DNA of 48,781 nucleotides, counting the filler, from Jimgerdemannia flammicorona (taxonomy: Eukaryota): assembly GCA_003990765.1 (NCBI GenBank). It is 2 parts of 2 records of this genome, joined end to end, with 100 filler letters (N's around TTAATTAATTAA, not from the genome) between each part and the next. Parts side by side here need not be neighbours in the genome. Positions count along the whole stretch, not along the records: positions 24,444 to 48,781 come from RBNJ01000987.1; 1 more part is not named here. The stretch is one strand, 5' to 3'. The position numbers and the translations under genes are program-made. Shown here one piece after another: positions 24,444-36,289 of the stretch. Under the pieces are notes generated by a model that saw nothing but the letters and a program-made list of their open reading frames with translations, did not search any database and was not told the origin of the DNA. Numbering within the stretch: the first letter of the stretch is position 1; each line of letters begins with the position of its first letter.

Positions 24444-27400
24444 CTCAACCTTCTCCTGCTCTAGCACTACCCAATTACCCACTACCCGAATCCTCCCACC
24501 ACTCTTCCGAGATATACACTGCACCAGACCCCTGTGGTTCCCCCCACCCAGACCCCAGCCTCGCCACCAGCTATTCAAAATATCCAACAGCAGCCATTCC
24601 CAATGGGCCACCTTGTCACCAACCCCAACCTAATGCCCTTCTTCAAAGACATGAAACCCGTGCCCAGCCAATCCAACCCACATAGCCAAAGCCCAACTGA
24701 GGGTCAGCCATTCATCCCCAACCCCACCCACCAGTCTCTGGCGAAGTTCACCCCATCTCCCCCCTCCCTCTCCCTCTATAGCACCCAGCCCCATACGGTC
24801 TCCAATATATCTCCAGAACTCCTCCAAAACCTCACATTCACTAAGCCAATGTTCAGGTGTTTGCACCACTCCCTCCTCCTGACCAATGTTAAAACAATTC
24901 TCATACTTAAACACCCCACCGGCCACCAAGTGTCCTGACCGATAGTTCAACATCACATTCTGCTGCAGGACCCGCCACCACACCACCCAGAACTTGGGGG
25001 GCAGCCACTGCCTCACCCATTTACTCCAATGCCAAAGGCCATTCCAATCCCACTCCTCACCAATTCCAACCCTCTGCCAGGCTTCTGGCCACAGGTCTCC
25101 ACCTAGGCCTCGCAGACACTCCAGACCCTCGCCAAGCTGAAAGCTCTCCACCAGAATGCCACCCAGCAGAAGCCTGTCCCACCTCCACATCTGCAGGCCC
25201 CAAACCTCCTCAGCTTCATCACCTTGCCACCGAAGTCCAATTTTCTTAGCACCATCTACCACCCCCCACCAAAAGCCCATAAACCGCATCCTCCTGCTCC
25301 CCTCCATGGCCACCATTGCGAGCAAGTCACCGGAACCACCACGTAGGGAGTACCGAACCTCCCACAAACATTGCATGAGTGGCACCCACTCTCGACCCTG
25401 AAGCTCGCTCACCCTTCACAGCCACCAGGCTCTCAGACAAAGAAGCTGCTTAGTAAAGTCCACTAAGCCCAGTCCACCTCTCTCCAAGGGCAGTGTGAGC
25501 ACCTCCCAACCAACCTAGCTTCACTGCCCACCCCAGATCCATGACCTCGCCATCTTCAACAGCCTCTTGACCACCCAGGTTGGGAAATCCAAGTGATACC
25601 CAACATACCACAGCTTCGGCATCCAGTACACATTCAACACCATCACCCTTGCTAGGGACATATTCCGGCCTTCCCAATGCAGCAAAACATTACCCCACTC
25701 TAGAAGCTTATGGTCCCACCATGCCCAGGGAAGAAGAGATCCAAACACCGAGAAGTAGATCCCCAGGTAATGCACCGGTTCACCAGCCGGTACCACTGTC
25801 CCAATGACGTCGTCATCAACAATTCCAGTACCCAGCACCAGTGTCTTGCATTTGTACTAGTTTAGCTTAGCACCTGAACCCCTCTCATACCATTCCACAG
25901 TCCTCTGCAGCTCTCCCACATCCACCAAGGAGTCCAGCCCAACCACCATATCATCAGCAAAGGCCCCCACCTTCCAGTTAACCCCCAAATTGTCCAAACC
26001 TCCAATCTGACACCGAATTCTGTCCAGTAGTGACTTGAGGGAAAAGGCATACAAAATGGCCAACAAGAGATCCCCTTGAGGTACCCCATGTCCCAGGGGA
26101 AAGGTCACCCCCCTGTGGCTATTGACAACCAATACCGCCTGACTATCCTCCAAGAGGCTGATCAATGATCCTCGGAACCCCAGAGGGATACCAATCTGTT
26201 TCAGCACACCCTCCAGTCATATCCTCTGCACTCCATCATAAGCCTTCTCTTGGTCCAGAAACACCAATCTGCCATCCACCCCTGCTGCCCAGGCGCCTTC
26301 AATCACTCTATGAACCCAGGCTGTCCCATCTCAAATCAACCGACCACCAACAAACCCATACTGTTCCACACCAAGCACCTGCTGAGCTATTCCTTACAGC
26401 CTCATCACCAAAATTTTCATCACCAGTTTGCGGTCCATGTCAAGGAGCATAATTGGCCACCAGTTCTTCCAGTCCTCTCTTCTTCCCTTATTCTTATAGA
26501 GCAAGGAGACTAGCCCTAAGCACTGTCCCCCAATCCAAGCACCAGACCAAAGAACTCCATCACACATAGCAGTCATTTCCTCCAGCACCTCGCCCACCCC
26601 AGCCATCTTCTGCCAAAAATCCCAGGGAAGTCCATCCTCTCCCGGGGGTGTCCCCTTGCTTGTTGAGGCCACAACCCTGCAGATCTCCTTGCTACTCACT
26701 GGGTTCCCCAATGCCCCAAGTCCCATCGCAGGGTTCAGATACTAATCTCCCAGCTGCCTTTCAACATCAATAGCATCCAATCCTCCTTCCTCCTCACTCC
26801 AAAGATTCCCTCACCAGGTTTGCAATAGGCCTAGAATTGCCGGAGTCTCCACCATCAACTTGCCATCTGCATCCAAAACTCTTTCCCACCACTGCCTTGT
26901 CCGTCTTGCTTGTAACAACCTTGACAGGAACCTGGTAGGCCTCTCTCCCTCCTCAAGCCCCTGCCACCGCAGGTGGGCCACCATTCCCTGCAACTGCTCC
27001 TCCTCCTCCCTTCATAGCACCCCTTTAAGTTCCTCCACCTCCTGCCGGATCCTCACAATATGCCAATCAGTCACTTCCCCATCCTTCAGCACACCTGCCC
27101 ATCTTTCCATGAGTGCTGCCAAATGCCGTGAGGCCCACCCCACCTGCCACCTTCACTGGGTACATTTTTCTTTCCCAGCTTCCCTCCAATACCTCTGAGC
27201 ATTCGCCTTCAGCTGTCTCCAGTGGTCCCCAATCTCCAGTCCTTGTTCCCGCCACCTGCCGATATTACCCACCACCTCTGCTTCCCAACCCTCCCACAAT
27301 ACCCTATCCTCCAACAAGGAAGAATTTAGCTGCCAATGTCCAGGCCCATCCTCATTTCCCCCAAACCTCCCCCCTCCAAGGATCCCCCAGTAATCAGACC

Positions 27401-28070
27401 ACGGACACCATACAACCTCCAGCCCTGACCAGACATCTGCTCCCCAACACTCTGCTGTTAGAACCCAGTCAATCCTGGAGTCCAGCCCTGCTGCCCAGTG
27501 GGTGTACACCCGCCGATCAGCCCAGAAATGTCTCCCCAAGTCCACTAGAGAACTCAACCTCTTCGTCTCCAACCAGTCCCCCAACCCACCACTCTCACCC
27601 CACATGCCTCTCCCTCCATCAGTTCTGTCCAACTTCTTATCCCATACTATGTTGAAGTCACCTTCCATATAGTCCAATCCAACTCCTCCCAATATACCAG
27701 CCTCTTTTAATTGGCAAATCCAATCCACCCTCTCCCCTCTCTCAGCTGGGCAGTAACAAGACCCAACCATCAGCAGGCCTCACCCCAGCCTCCTCCACAC
27801 TCCCCACACCATCTGAGACCCCCAATGTCCAATGTCCCCAATGTCCCCCATCCCTTTCCGAACAAGAATACACACTTTCCCCCTCTAAACTGCTGCACCC
27901 CTCCATTCCTTAGTCTAGTCCTGTAAGTCCACTTCCGCCTCATAACGAACATCCTGTAACAAAAAGAGGTCTGCATCCACTCCCTTGAGCCAACCAAATA
28001 TATACTTCCTCCTAGCCACCTTCTGTAACCCATTAATGTTCAGTGAGAAAATCCTAGTTATACTGTTCAT
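24444..28070 (-). pseudogene. LINE ORF2 (AP endonuclease plus RT), frameshifted and with stops
   Basis: Endonuclease: SLNINGL, GDFN, SRIDWVL. RT: PGEDGLP, WPIMLLDMDRKL, GVPQGD, FADD (~25955), YLGI. Confidence 0.9.
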
Positions 28071-28143
28071 ATTGAAGAAATATTTCAACAAAGACCCCAA
28101 TCTATAATTCCATACTCATCTCATCTCCCACCAGATCCAAGCA

Positions 28144-29994
28144 CTATTCAGCTTCCAATTCACCCTCTGCAATATCCTGAGCATCCAGTGCCCCCAAGAT
28201 TTCCTGACAGTCCACCCTGTCCACTTCCTCCATATCCACCCGGTAGTCCAAGTAGACTGCGCGCCACTTTGCCAGTCCCTTCCTCGAGTTCCACAAGAAA
28301 AGTGCCCTGTCACTGGTAATCTTCCTAAGTTTCACCTCCCGCTGATCATCCACTTGATATTCAACCAACTCCAGGAGGACAGCCAGGATCTCATTCCTCA
28401 TCTTCCTCGGCACCTCCTCCCCCCATAGGATCTCCTCCCAGTGCCTCTCCTCCATCACCCGGAAGTCCTCACCCTCAAGCTCTTCAGCCACCACCCCTTC
28501 CAGAGTCTTCCACATCCACTTCTCCTCATCCACTGCCTCCGCCACCCCTTGAGTGATTTGTCCCCCATCCACCTCAGGGTCCACCAGTGTGCTCCTCCTC
28601 ATGGACTCATCCCACTCTTCATCTGGCACATCTATCAGCTCCTCCTCCCCTTCTGCTCCATCCAGAACACTATACTGAGGGTGCACACCTTCACCCATTT
28701 CAGCATCTGCTTCCAAATTGCCCTCCCTCTCCTCCCTCACTCCAATCTGAGCACCACCCTGGGCCATCTCTCCCCCCTCAGCCCAGGCGCTCTCCTGCAA
28801 CCCTGCAACTCCTTCCCCTGAGCTTCCACCAGCCCTACCCCCACTCAACTTCGCCAATAGCTCCTTCTGGATCCGCCTCCCCTGCATCTTCTCCCAGGCC
28901 CCCTTTTCCATCCAGACCCTCTTCCCATCCACCTCCCCCACCACTGTCCTGGCCTCAAACTCCTTCCAGGCCAATCTCCTCCTCGCAACTGCCCCTTCCA
29001 GATCCTCCAGAGCCTCCAACAGGTCCTCCTCCTCCTCCAGGGTCCTCTTCACCTCTGTGACCTTACACTCCACCTGTCCCCACCTCAGCATTGCTGGCCA
29101 GTCCCTCAACTTCCCTGTATTCTCCTTCCCTGCCAGCCTAACCCTGACATCAACATCACCAGTTCGAAGCTCTGTTTCCTCCCAGACCTTGAACCCAACA
29201 TCGACAATCTCGCCATACTCCTGGATTACTGCCACAACCAACTCCCTGGTTCTCTCCTTTGATACAGTAGGGAGATCCAACACTGTCAACTGCACCACCC
29301 GCGGGTCCCAGCACATGCACTGGGCCATAGGGACCATGACCCTACCAACCATCACCCCCTTCTCCATGGCTGCCAACAAGGCATCTTCCTCCTCAAACCC
29401 CATCTCAATCCCTTCCTTTCCCCTCAAAAACTTCACTGATGCCACTCCCTTCGCCTCCTGCACCACCAGCCCCAAAATCATCCTTGCTGTCACCACCAAG
29501 CCCCAGAAGTACATTGTGACTACAAATTCTGACCTCAACTTCTTGAGTAATGGGGCTGACACTATGCTCGTCACCCCATCCACCAGGTCCCCAGGCCTCA
29601 TGCCCACACCCAGTCCTGAATTGCCAACCGCTGTCACATCTGGATTTTTTGCCAGATCTCCAGTCACAGCCCCATCAACTGTCACATCTCCAGCCCCTAC
29701 TCCTGCTCCTCCTCTGCCACCTGAGACTCCCCTGGGTACACCTCCCTGCCCCCCAGCAGCCACCGTCGATGCCATCCCCAGGCCCAGCCAGCCATTAAGG
29801 CTCGAGGCCATCTTATTCATTCTGACCTTGTCAGCAAAGGTCAACCTCTCCCCTCCTCTCTGCCTCAGCCTGCCCCTCCCTCCACCACCAGGACCCCGGC
29901 TAGCCATCGAGGCCCCTGGCATCCCCAAACCATCTCCCCTCCTCCCTACCTGCTGCCAGCCAAAGGCACCGTCACTCCCCTGGTCAGTACACAC
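28144..29994 (-). CDS. LINE ORF1 protein (copy b), open frame
   Basis: 616-codon open frame immediately 5' of ORF2. Gly-rich N-terminus, RRM-like core (VLDLP...QEYGEIVDV), acidic tail. Confidence 0.75.
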   Translation of the reverse strand: MCTDQGSDGAFGWQQVGRRGDGLGMPGASMASRGPGGGGRGRLRQRGGERLTFADKVRMNKMASSLNGWLGLGMASTVAAGGQGGVPRGVSGGRGGAGVGAGDVTVDGAVTGDLAKNPDVTAVGNSGLGVGMRPGDLVDGVTSIVSAPLLKKLRSEFVVTMYFWGLVVTARMILGLVVQEAKGVASVKFLRGKEGIEMGFEEEDALLAAMEKGVMVGRVMVPMAQCMCWDPRVVQLTVLDLPTVSKERTRELVVAVIQEYGEIVDVGFKVWEETELRTGDVDVRVRLAGKENTGKLRDWPAMLRWGQVECKVTEVKRTLEEEEDLLEALEDLEGAVARRRLAWKEFEARTVVGEVDGKRVWMEKGAWEKMQGRRIQKELLAKLSGGRAGGSSGEGVAGLQESAWAEGGEMAQGGAQIGVREEREGNLEADAEMGEGVHPQYSVLDGAEGEEELIDVPDEEWDESMRRSTLVDPEVDGGQITQGVAEAVDEEKWMWKTLEGVVAEELEGEDFRVMEERHWEEILWGEEVPRKMRNEILAVLLELVEYQVDDQREVKLRKITSDRALFLWNSRKGLAKWRAVYLDYRVDMEEVDRVDCQEILGALDAQDIAEGELEAE

Positions 29995-30029
29995 ACCAGT
30001 TCAATCATTGCCATCTATGTTGCTAGTCG

Positions 30030-31589
30030 CTAAGCACCAAAAACGTAGTAAAAAGTGTTGCCTGAGTCTTGTGTCACCTGAATGTTACCAGTGAAAGGTG
30101 TGTGCCCAACTGCCTGAAGCAATTCCCTGTCTGCAGATACATCTGAAGCAACATCTACCAGCTCATCCTCTTCAGAGACCTTATCCAACCTCACCACCTC
30201 CCCTGCTTCTGGACATTCCCAGTGTACATTCACTGACCTAGCCATCACCATGTCTTCTATCTGAGTTTCTGGAACCACCTCAACATTTTCTTTGAAGCCT
30301 GCACCTCGCTCTTCCTCACCATCTGCCCACTTCTCTGTCACTGGTACATGTGCAGATTCTCCCACTCCCCTCAGCTGTGAGAAGGACACCTCAGCCACCT
30401 CTACCCCTTCCATTCAATTCCTATCAGATGCTACCCTTTCAACCTCCTCCTCCACAGATGCTTGCAACACTGCCTGCAGCCATTTCCAGTTTGCCTTATA
30501 CCAATGTTTCCTCTTACCATCCGTCTCAATCCAGACCCAATCTTTTGCAAATTTCTCCCATTTTCTTTTCTGCAAAGCCTTCGCCTCATCATGCTCCTTA
30601 AGAGCTATCAGCAGCTCCATCTCTTCCTGCTCAGAGCCTTTCCTCCTCCAGACCCAACAGTCCTGCTCCCCAATATGAATGACCTCTGGCCAGTCTTGCC
30701 CCAAGCCTGTTGCCTCCTTCCCCTCCAGCTATACCATTGTCTCACAATTGCCATTCCTTAACTTTGTATCCTCCCAAAACATAAATCTGAAATCCACCAT
30801 CTCTCCAAAGCCTTCCAGAGCCTTGGCGATCACCATCTTAGTCTCCTGCCTGCTCAGCATTGGCAATCCTTCCACCACCAATCTCACTGCACATGGGTCC
30901 TATCTCAGGCACCTCGCCATCCCCACCTTAACATTCTTGACCATCAGCCCCTTTTCCAAGGCGTTTATTATAGCCTCCTTCTCCACAAATCCGACCTCCA
31001 CTGTCTCTGCCGAGGGGATAAACCTCAGCAACTCAGCCCCTGCAACCTTCTCACCCACCAGCCATAGAACTTCTTTGGCCAACAGACCAAGGCCCAGGAA
31101 ATTGGCAGTGACTGCCCACATCAATACTGACTTATGGAAGAATAGTCATACTACCAGCTCCCCAGTTCCTGCTGCCAGAGTTGCCTTGTTCTTGCTGTTG
31201 GACATGCCCGCTACTACCTCACCAGGAGCTACTGCACCACCAGCAGTCCTACCCCCAGTCACTGGCCCAGCCCCAGGAAAGCCAGTCCCAGTCATCACAC
31301 ACCAGGACCCCTGACCCCTGCTGGGTCTCTGGCCAGTCAGCTGACCAGTCACCTGACATCCACCCCTGTCAACACTATGCCCCTGCTGCCTCCCAACTGT
31401 AGGCCTAGAGGCTGCCTGCTTACTCCCCATCACCATGTACCAACCATCCAGTCCTGCTGCTGGTCCTTGACCTCCAGCCTGCCCTCTAGCTCTACCTTGA
31501 CCAGCAGCTGCTGCAAAACTCTTGGAGAGGCCCAGGCCAGGCCTCCTCCTCTCTAGGTGCTCTGAGCTTAATGAGTCTTGGATCACCAT
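30030..31589 (-). pseudogene. Second LINE ORF1 paralogue (copy a) with four in-frame stops
   Basis: ORFs 31146..31589, 30900..31124, 30414..30704 and 30030..30413 share one frame. They align to copy b (VEVGFVEKEAIINALEKGLMV vs IEMGFEEEDALLAAMEKGVMV; FWEDTKLRNG vs VWEETELRTG; DWP in both). Confidence 0.8.
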
Positions 31590-34500
31590 ACCATGAAAAC
31601 TTGACAGATTTTGACAAAACGTATTGTGAATTGTTACCAGACTTCTGCCACACCTTGCACACCAGTATAAATGAAGTGAAAACTTGAAAATGTGTTACTT
31701 TTTATGAAAAGATGTCCATGTGGCTTAGCTTGCTCCAAATGGTTTGAGCAAAAGAAGTTCTGAGGAGTCTCTTTCTGGCTTCTTGGTCTGGCTTTTTCAG
31801 ATCTGACTTCAGTTATCTCCTCTCTTCAAGGTATGGATTACAATATTATGGCTAAAATGGATCTTCTGATACCTGCAATCTTGGCAGTCTGGGTGTCTTC
31901 TATAGTTGCAATATCCCATTGCTCAGAAATGATATTCCTGATTATTGATTTCTTGTTGTCTCGGGAATCAGTATCCATCTTGATCATAAGTTGGGGGAAG
32001 GATAGACAAGGGGTATATTTCTGTTCAGGTGAAGAAGCCTTATCCCCTAAATCAACTTTATAATCTTGTGGTAACTTCTTGAAAAGTGATTGACTGTGCA
32101 AGTATAGTTGGGGGTTCTGGTCTCTGGGGTCTCTGTCTTTCTTGTTGGTCCAACAGATGACACTAATAGCAGTAATCTTGGGGAGAGTGGAAGACCATTC
32201 AGTGTAGATATCTTTCTAGCCAAAAAGCCTTCTCTTGATGAGTTTCTTTCTTGGGGATAATGGTGATTGTACTGGGTCCTTCTTCCATATTCCAAGGGTC
32301 ATTGTCTTTGAGTAGTGTCCATTGAGGGTTATCCCAGGAGATGAGTTCAGGGACATCTTCCTCTTTGGGTACTTCTTGTTCAGGAACTTCTTGGTCAGAA
32401 GTTTCTTCTTCCTCAGATGATTCTTGACCCCAAATCACTTGTACTTCTGCAGCTTCAGTTGCAGGTGTTTCTAGAATATGTCTGTATTTTTTTTTCTTCT
32501 TTCTGCACTCTGGGCAGGCTGTGCCAGGCGATTTCCTTGTTCCCATGATCTTAGAGGAGTGCTTGGGACACTTGTGTCTCTTGAGGCATTAGGGTATACA
32601 TTGGCTTCTCCTGTAATGGCTCCAATGGTGATAAGGATGGTGTTCTTAGCCCACACATTGTCTTCTGATCTGTCATCCACCAGGTTAATTTGGGGATTGA
32701 GTCTGGGATTATTTCTATCTTCAGATTCTTCTTCCTCTTCTGTAGTAGACTCCTCACTGCTGGCATATTCTTCTTGAATAGTGACCTTCTTCTTCTTCTT
32801 TGATTGCTCATAGCTAGTGACCTTAACTCTGTACTTCTTGTCTCAGTAGTCAAACTTGAGTACTTGTTGACCAATATCAACAACTGTATTCATTTTCTTC
32901 ATCTAGTTGGTGCTAAGGATCATGTCATAAGTGATGGCTTTAGTGACAATAGCTTTCAGGATAGAAAACTGAATATGTCCAAGAGAGATAATAATATTTC
33001 ATACTTCTCCAAGAGGTTGGGTTCAGGCTTCATCTGCTACTATGATGCTGAGGTTAGATGGTCCATCAATGGGCCATTGGAGGGTGTCCAAGAATCGTTT
33101 GGCAATGACACAGACAGCTGCTCCTGTATCTATGAGAATCCTCACCTTTTGTCCTCCAATATCTCCATATAAGTAGGTGCTGATATGTCTTTCTGTGGCC
33201 TGAATAGGAATGGAAGCTGGTTCTTGCTTTGGGATGAGAACTCAGCCAGTGCTAGACCTGGTGGTTCTCAGCAATTTGTTTTGGACTCCAGCTGGTGTTA
33301 GTTGCAGGAACTGCAGGAGGGGGACTTCTATCTTGGCCTCTTGAATCTTCTGCCAGGCTTCATTGTAGATATCTCTAGGCATGGTCTTTGGGGTGTACTT
33401 CTTCTTGTGCTTTAGAGTAGCAGGTTTCTGTTTTTCTTGTTCTATTTCTTTATCTTCTAGTGGCAACTGTTTGTCTCAGGAACAAAAGGGGAGGAGGTTC
33501 AGAGAGGTGTTTCTACCTGCTCCTCTTCATGTTCTTCATCCTCTTCTTGGATAATTCTTCTGCTGATATTCCTGGATGGCCTTCCTACAGGTCTCTTCCT
33601 CTTCTCTGCTGGGTAGACTATTTTCCAGGTGGTAACTTTGGTAGGGTATAAGTCTAGATCACTGTAGTCTTCACTATTGCTGACTTCCTCGAAATCTTCA
33701 ACAGGATGAGCTTCAGTCCTCTTGTACTAAGTGTCATTTCTTCGGTTTGGTGGTTCTGAGTCCCTTCAGTCACTTTTTTTATTGTCACATTCAGTGGCAT
33801 AGTATCCAAATTATCCATAGTGAAAGCATTGGGCTTGGGCTCTGTCTTGGACAGGGTATCTTCTTTCTTCCTACTGGTAATTCCTATTATCTCTTGGTGG
33901 ATAACCTTGGTTTCTCTGGTGTCCTCTGTTGTCTTGATAGCCCTGATTTTCATATGTGGTAAGTTTTTCAATCTGTCCAACCAATTGGTCCAACTTGGAG
34001 CTGAGATCTTGGATTTCATTTCTGTCCTTCTTTCCTTCCTTGGCCAGCCTTCTTTCTTTGGATATTTCTTGTCCTTGAAGGAGTCCTTGTAGGGCTTTGA
34101 CCAGAATATCTTCTTTATCTTCTTTCTTATCATGATCACTCTAGGTAGTTCTTTGTCTGATATCAAAGAATTCTTGGGCTACATCTACTTATTCTTCTAA
34201 CCTTCTGATGTCTAGGGTGTGGATATGCTGGGCAATGTTCGGGGGAATTTCATTCATGAAGGTCATTGGACCTATGATGTCCTGGTTGGTGGCATTGAAC
34301 CTAGCAGTATGCATTCTCTTCTGGATTCTTGTGAAGAAGGCTCTGAGTGATTCCCCAAGGTTCATCTTCTATCCCCATAATGGATTCTTGAGCCTTGTGG
34401 TGGGTTTCATTTCCTGCATACTTTTCAATGAGCCAGTGGACCATGGCCTCATATTCTAGCTCATAAGACATTGCTGCTTGTATCTGTCTTGCTAGTTCTG

Positions 34501-35226
34501 AATCTGGGTTGCTTGCTGTTCAATGGAAAATTCCTCTGGCTGGTTCTCTGAGCTGAGCTTTGTAAATGGCAATTTTTCTTTCATTTGAGAGATTTCTCAA
34601 GGCTGCAATTTCTTCAATTCCATCAAGGAATTCTCTGGGGTCTTTCTCTGGATATCCTGCAAAGGTTGGCAATAAGGTGGTCATTTCATCATCACTTTCT
34701 TCTGATTCTGGTTCAGATTCGGATTCTGATTCTGATTCACTTTCTGTACTGTCACTGGAGATGTGGGTGCTTGGGTATCTTGAGGATAGTGTTCTGGACC
34801 TTGGATGAAGTAGAATAAGCCTAGATATTCTTATAGGAGCTGCTTCCAATTCTGCAAGAGGTTGTGGTAAAGGTTCTATTGGTGAGATTGGTGGGACTGA
34901 TATGTATGAGGTATCTGGCAGTAAGGTCTTGGGTTCATGTGATAAGATCATCTAGTTCTTGTACAAGTTCTTTGAAATCTCTAGCAGGGCTGCCTATATT
35001 CTCTGATTGATCTGATTGGAGATTTCAGGCTGTACTGCCTCCTACTTCTGGTTGGGATCCTTCTGATACTGGGTAGTTGGCAAGTCTTGATGTAATTACT
35101 TCTCTTCCTGTCCAAATGCTGGTGATGACTAGTTCTCCTGTAGTGACAGAGGTTGGTATTGTATCAAATGTATCCAGTTTGACTGTGAGTTCTTATGAGC
35201 TGAAAAGTCATGTTGATTTTGAAATC

Positions 35227-35244
35227 TTCTCAGTTAAGCCCCCA
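35227..35244 (-). promoter_or_regulatory. Decayed tRNA-Pro primer-binding site
   Basis: TGGGGGCTTAACTGAGAA lies 2 nt after the LTR-terminal CA. It resembles the tRNA-Pro PBS TGGGGGCTCGTCCGGGAT, mostly by transitions. Confidence 0.65.
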
Positions 35245-35246
35245 AA

Positions 35247-36289
35247 TGTAATATACCTGGCTCAATAGAGGCAAATTATAAGGTTGGGGGTTGATGTAGT
35301 TTGGCTTGAGCCCCCAGTTACTTTATCAAAAAGCAATAAAATATTCTATAATTCCTGAGGTCCTTGGTGTTTAGTGGTATAATAGTCAAAGCTGGATATC
35401 TGCAAGCAATTTGTATGTTAATTTCCTAATTGAGATAGTTCTCTAAGTATAGTGGTAATTTGTATGTATGAATGAGTTTCCTTCTTAGATCAACTGGGAA
35501 TAGTAGAATTCATATATAGTATGATGATCTCTAAAAGTATGCAATTTCTGAGTGATTATCTTATGTAGCACAATGATCTCTGTATATGATGGTCTGGTAA
35601 TTTAGCAATTCTCCTTTTTGAGTAGTGGGTAATCTTTGTATAGTATGACAGATTCCTTATGTGGGATATTTGGAAATTATACTAGCAGTAGATAACTCAA
35701 TAACTCAGGCTCACTGAGAACAATGAATAACTCAGATGTCATGGATTCAGCTTCAACTGAGAATACTACTTGAATGGTGTGAGTTTTTCTGAATCAGGTT
35801 CTTCTGGGAATATGATGGTGTAGATTTTTCCTGAATCAGTAACTTCAACTGGGAATATGGCAGATAACTTAGAAATGGCAGCAAAGTTCTTCCTTGAACT
35901 TGGGCAGCAAACTTCAGGCTTATTTGGCAAGCAAACCAAAAATATAGTAGCTTATTCCTTAAGTAGCAGATTTCTCTTCAAAAGGCAGCAATGTTCTTCC
36001 TTGAACTTGATGGCAAATCTTCAAGCTTTGTATTGGAAAGTGGACTGAAGTGGGAAAATAAGCTCACAATCTCTTAGTAGTGGCTGTAGAGCTCTTCTCA
36101 AAGTGTAGTAGACAGACTTATCTTTTGCTTCAATTTTGGACTCTTCTTTATATCAGAAAGTAAACCAGAGTTGAAATGTGTTCTGAATTTCAGACTGAGG
36201 TTTATTCACTCTTGTCTCTGGGGTAATTTATACAAGTTGGTTGCTATCTGGTTGCTACATGGCTAACTATAGATCTGCTACTTGTGACA
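35247..36289 (-). repeat. Putative 5' LTR of element C (~1.04 kb)
   Basis: Starts TGTCACA and ends TTACA on the minus strand, with internal short duplications at 35770-36030. No second copy in the window. Confidence 0.6.

Larger units (their letters stand above)
24095..29994 (-). mobile_element. L1/Tx1-like LINE (ORF1, APE-RT ORF2, 3' poly(A)), spanning the assembly spacer
   Basis: 40-nt poly-T at 24095-24134. G-rich sense strand. ORF1 at 28144..29994 followed by ORF2 from ATG 28070. Confidence 0.88.
31760..36289 (-). mobile_element. Degenerate Ty3/gypsy-like element C: 5' LTR, PBS, gag, zinc knuckle, protease, with no RT following
   Basis: gag LPTFAGYPEKDPREFLDGIEE..QLREPA (34520-34690). 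Decayed knuckle CFHYG*FGYYATEC (~33790-33830). PR ILIDTGAAVCVI (~33100-33140). The left boundary is approximate. Confidence 0.8.
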
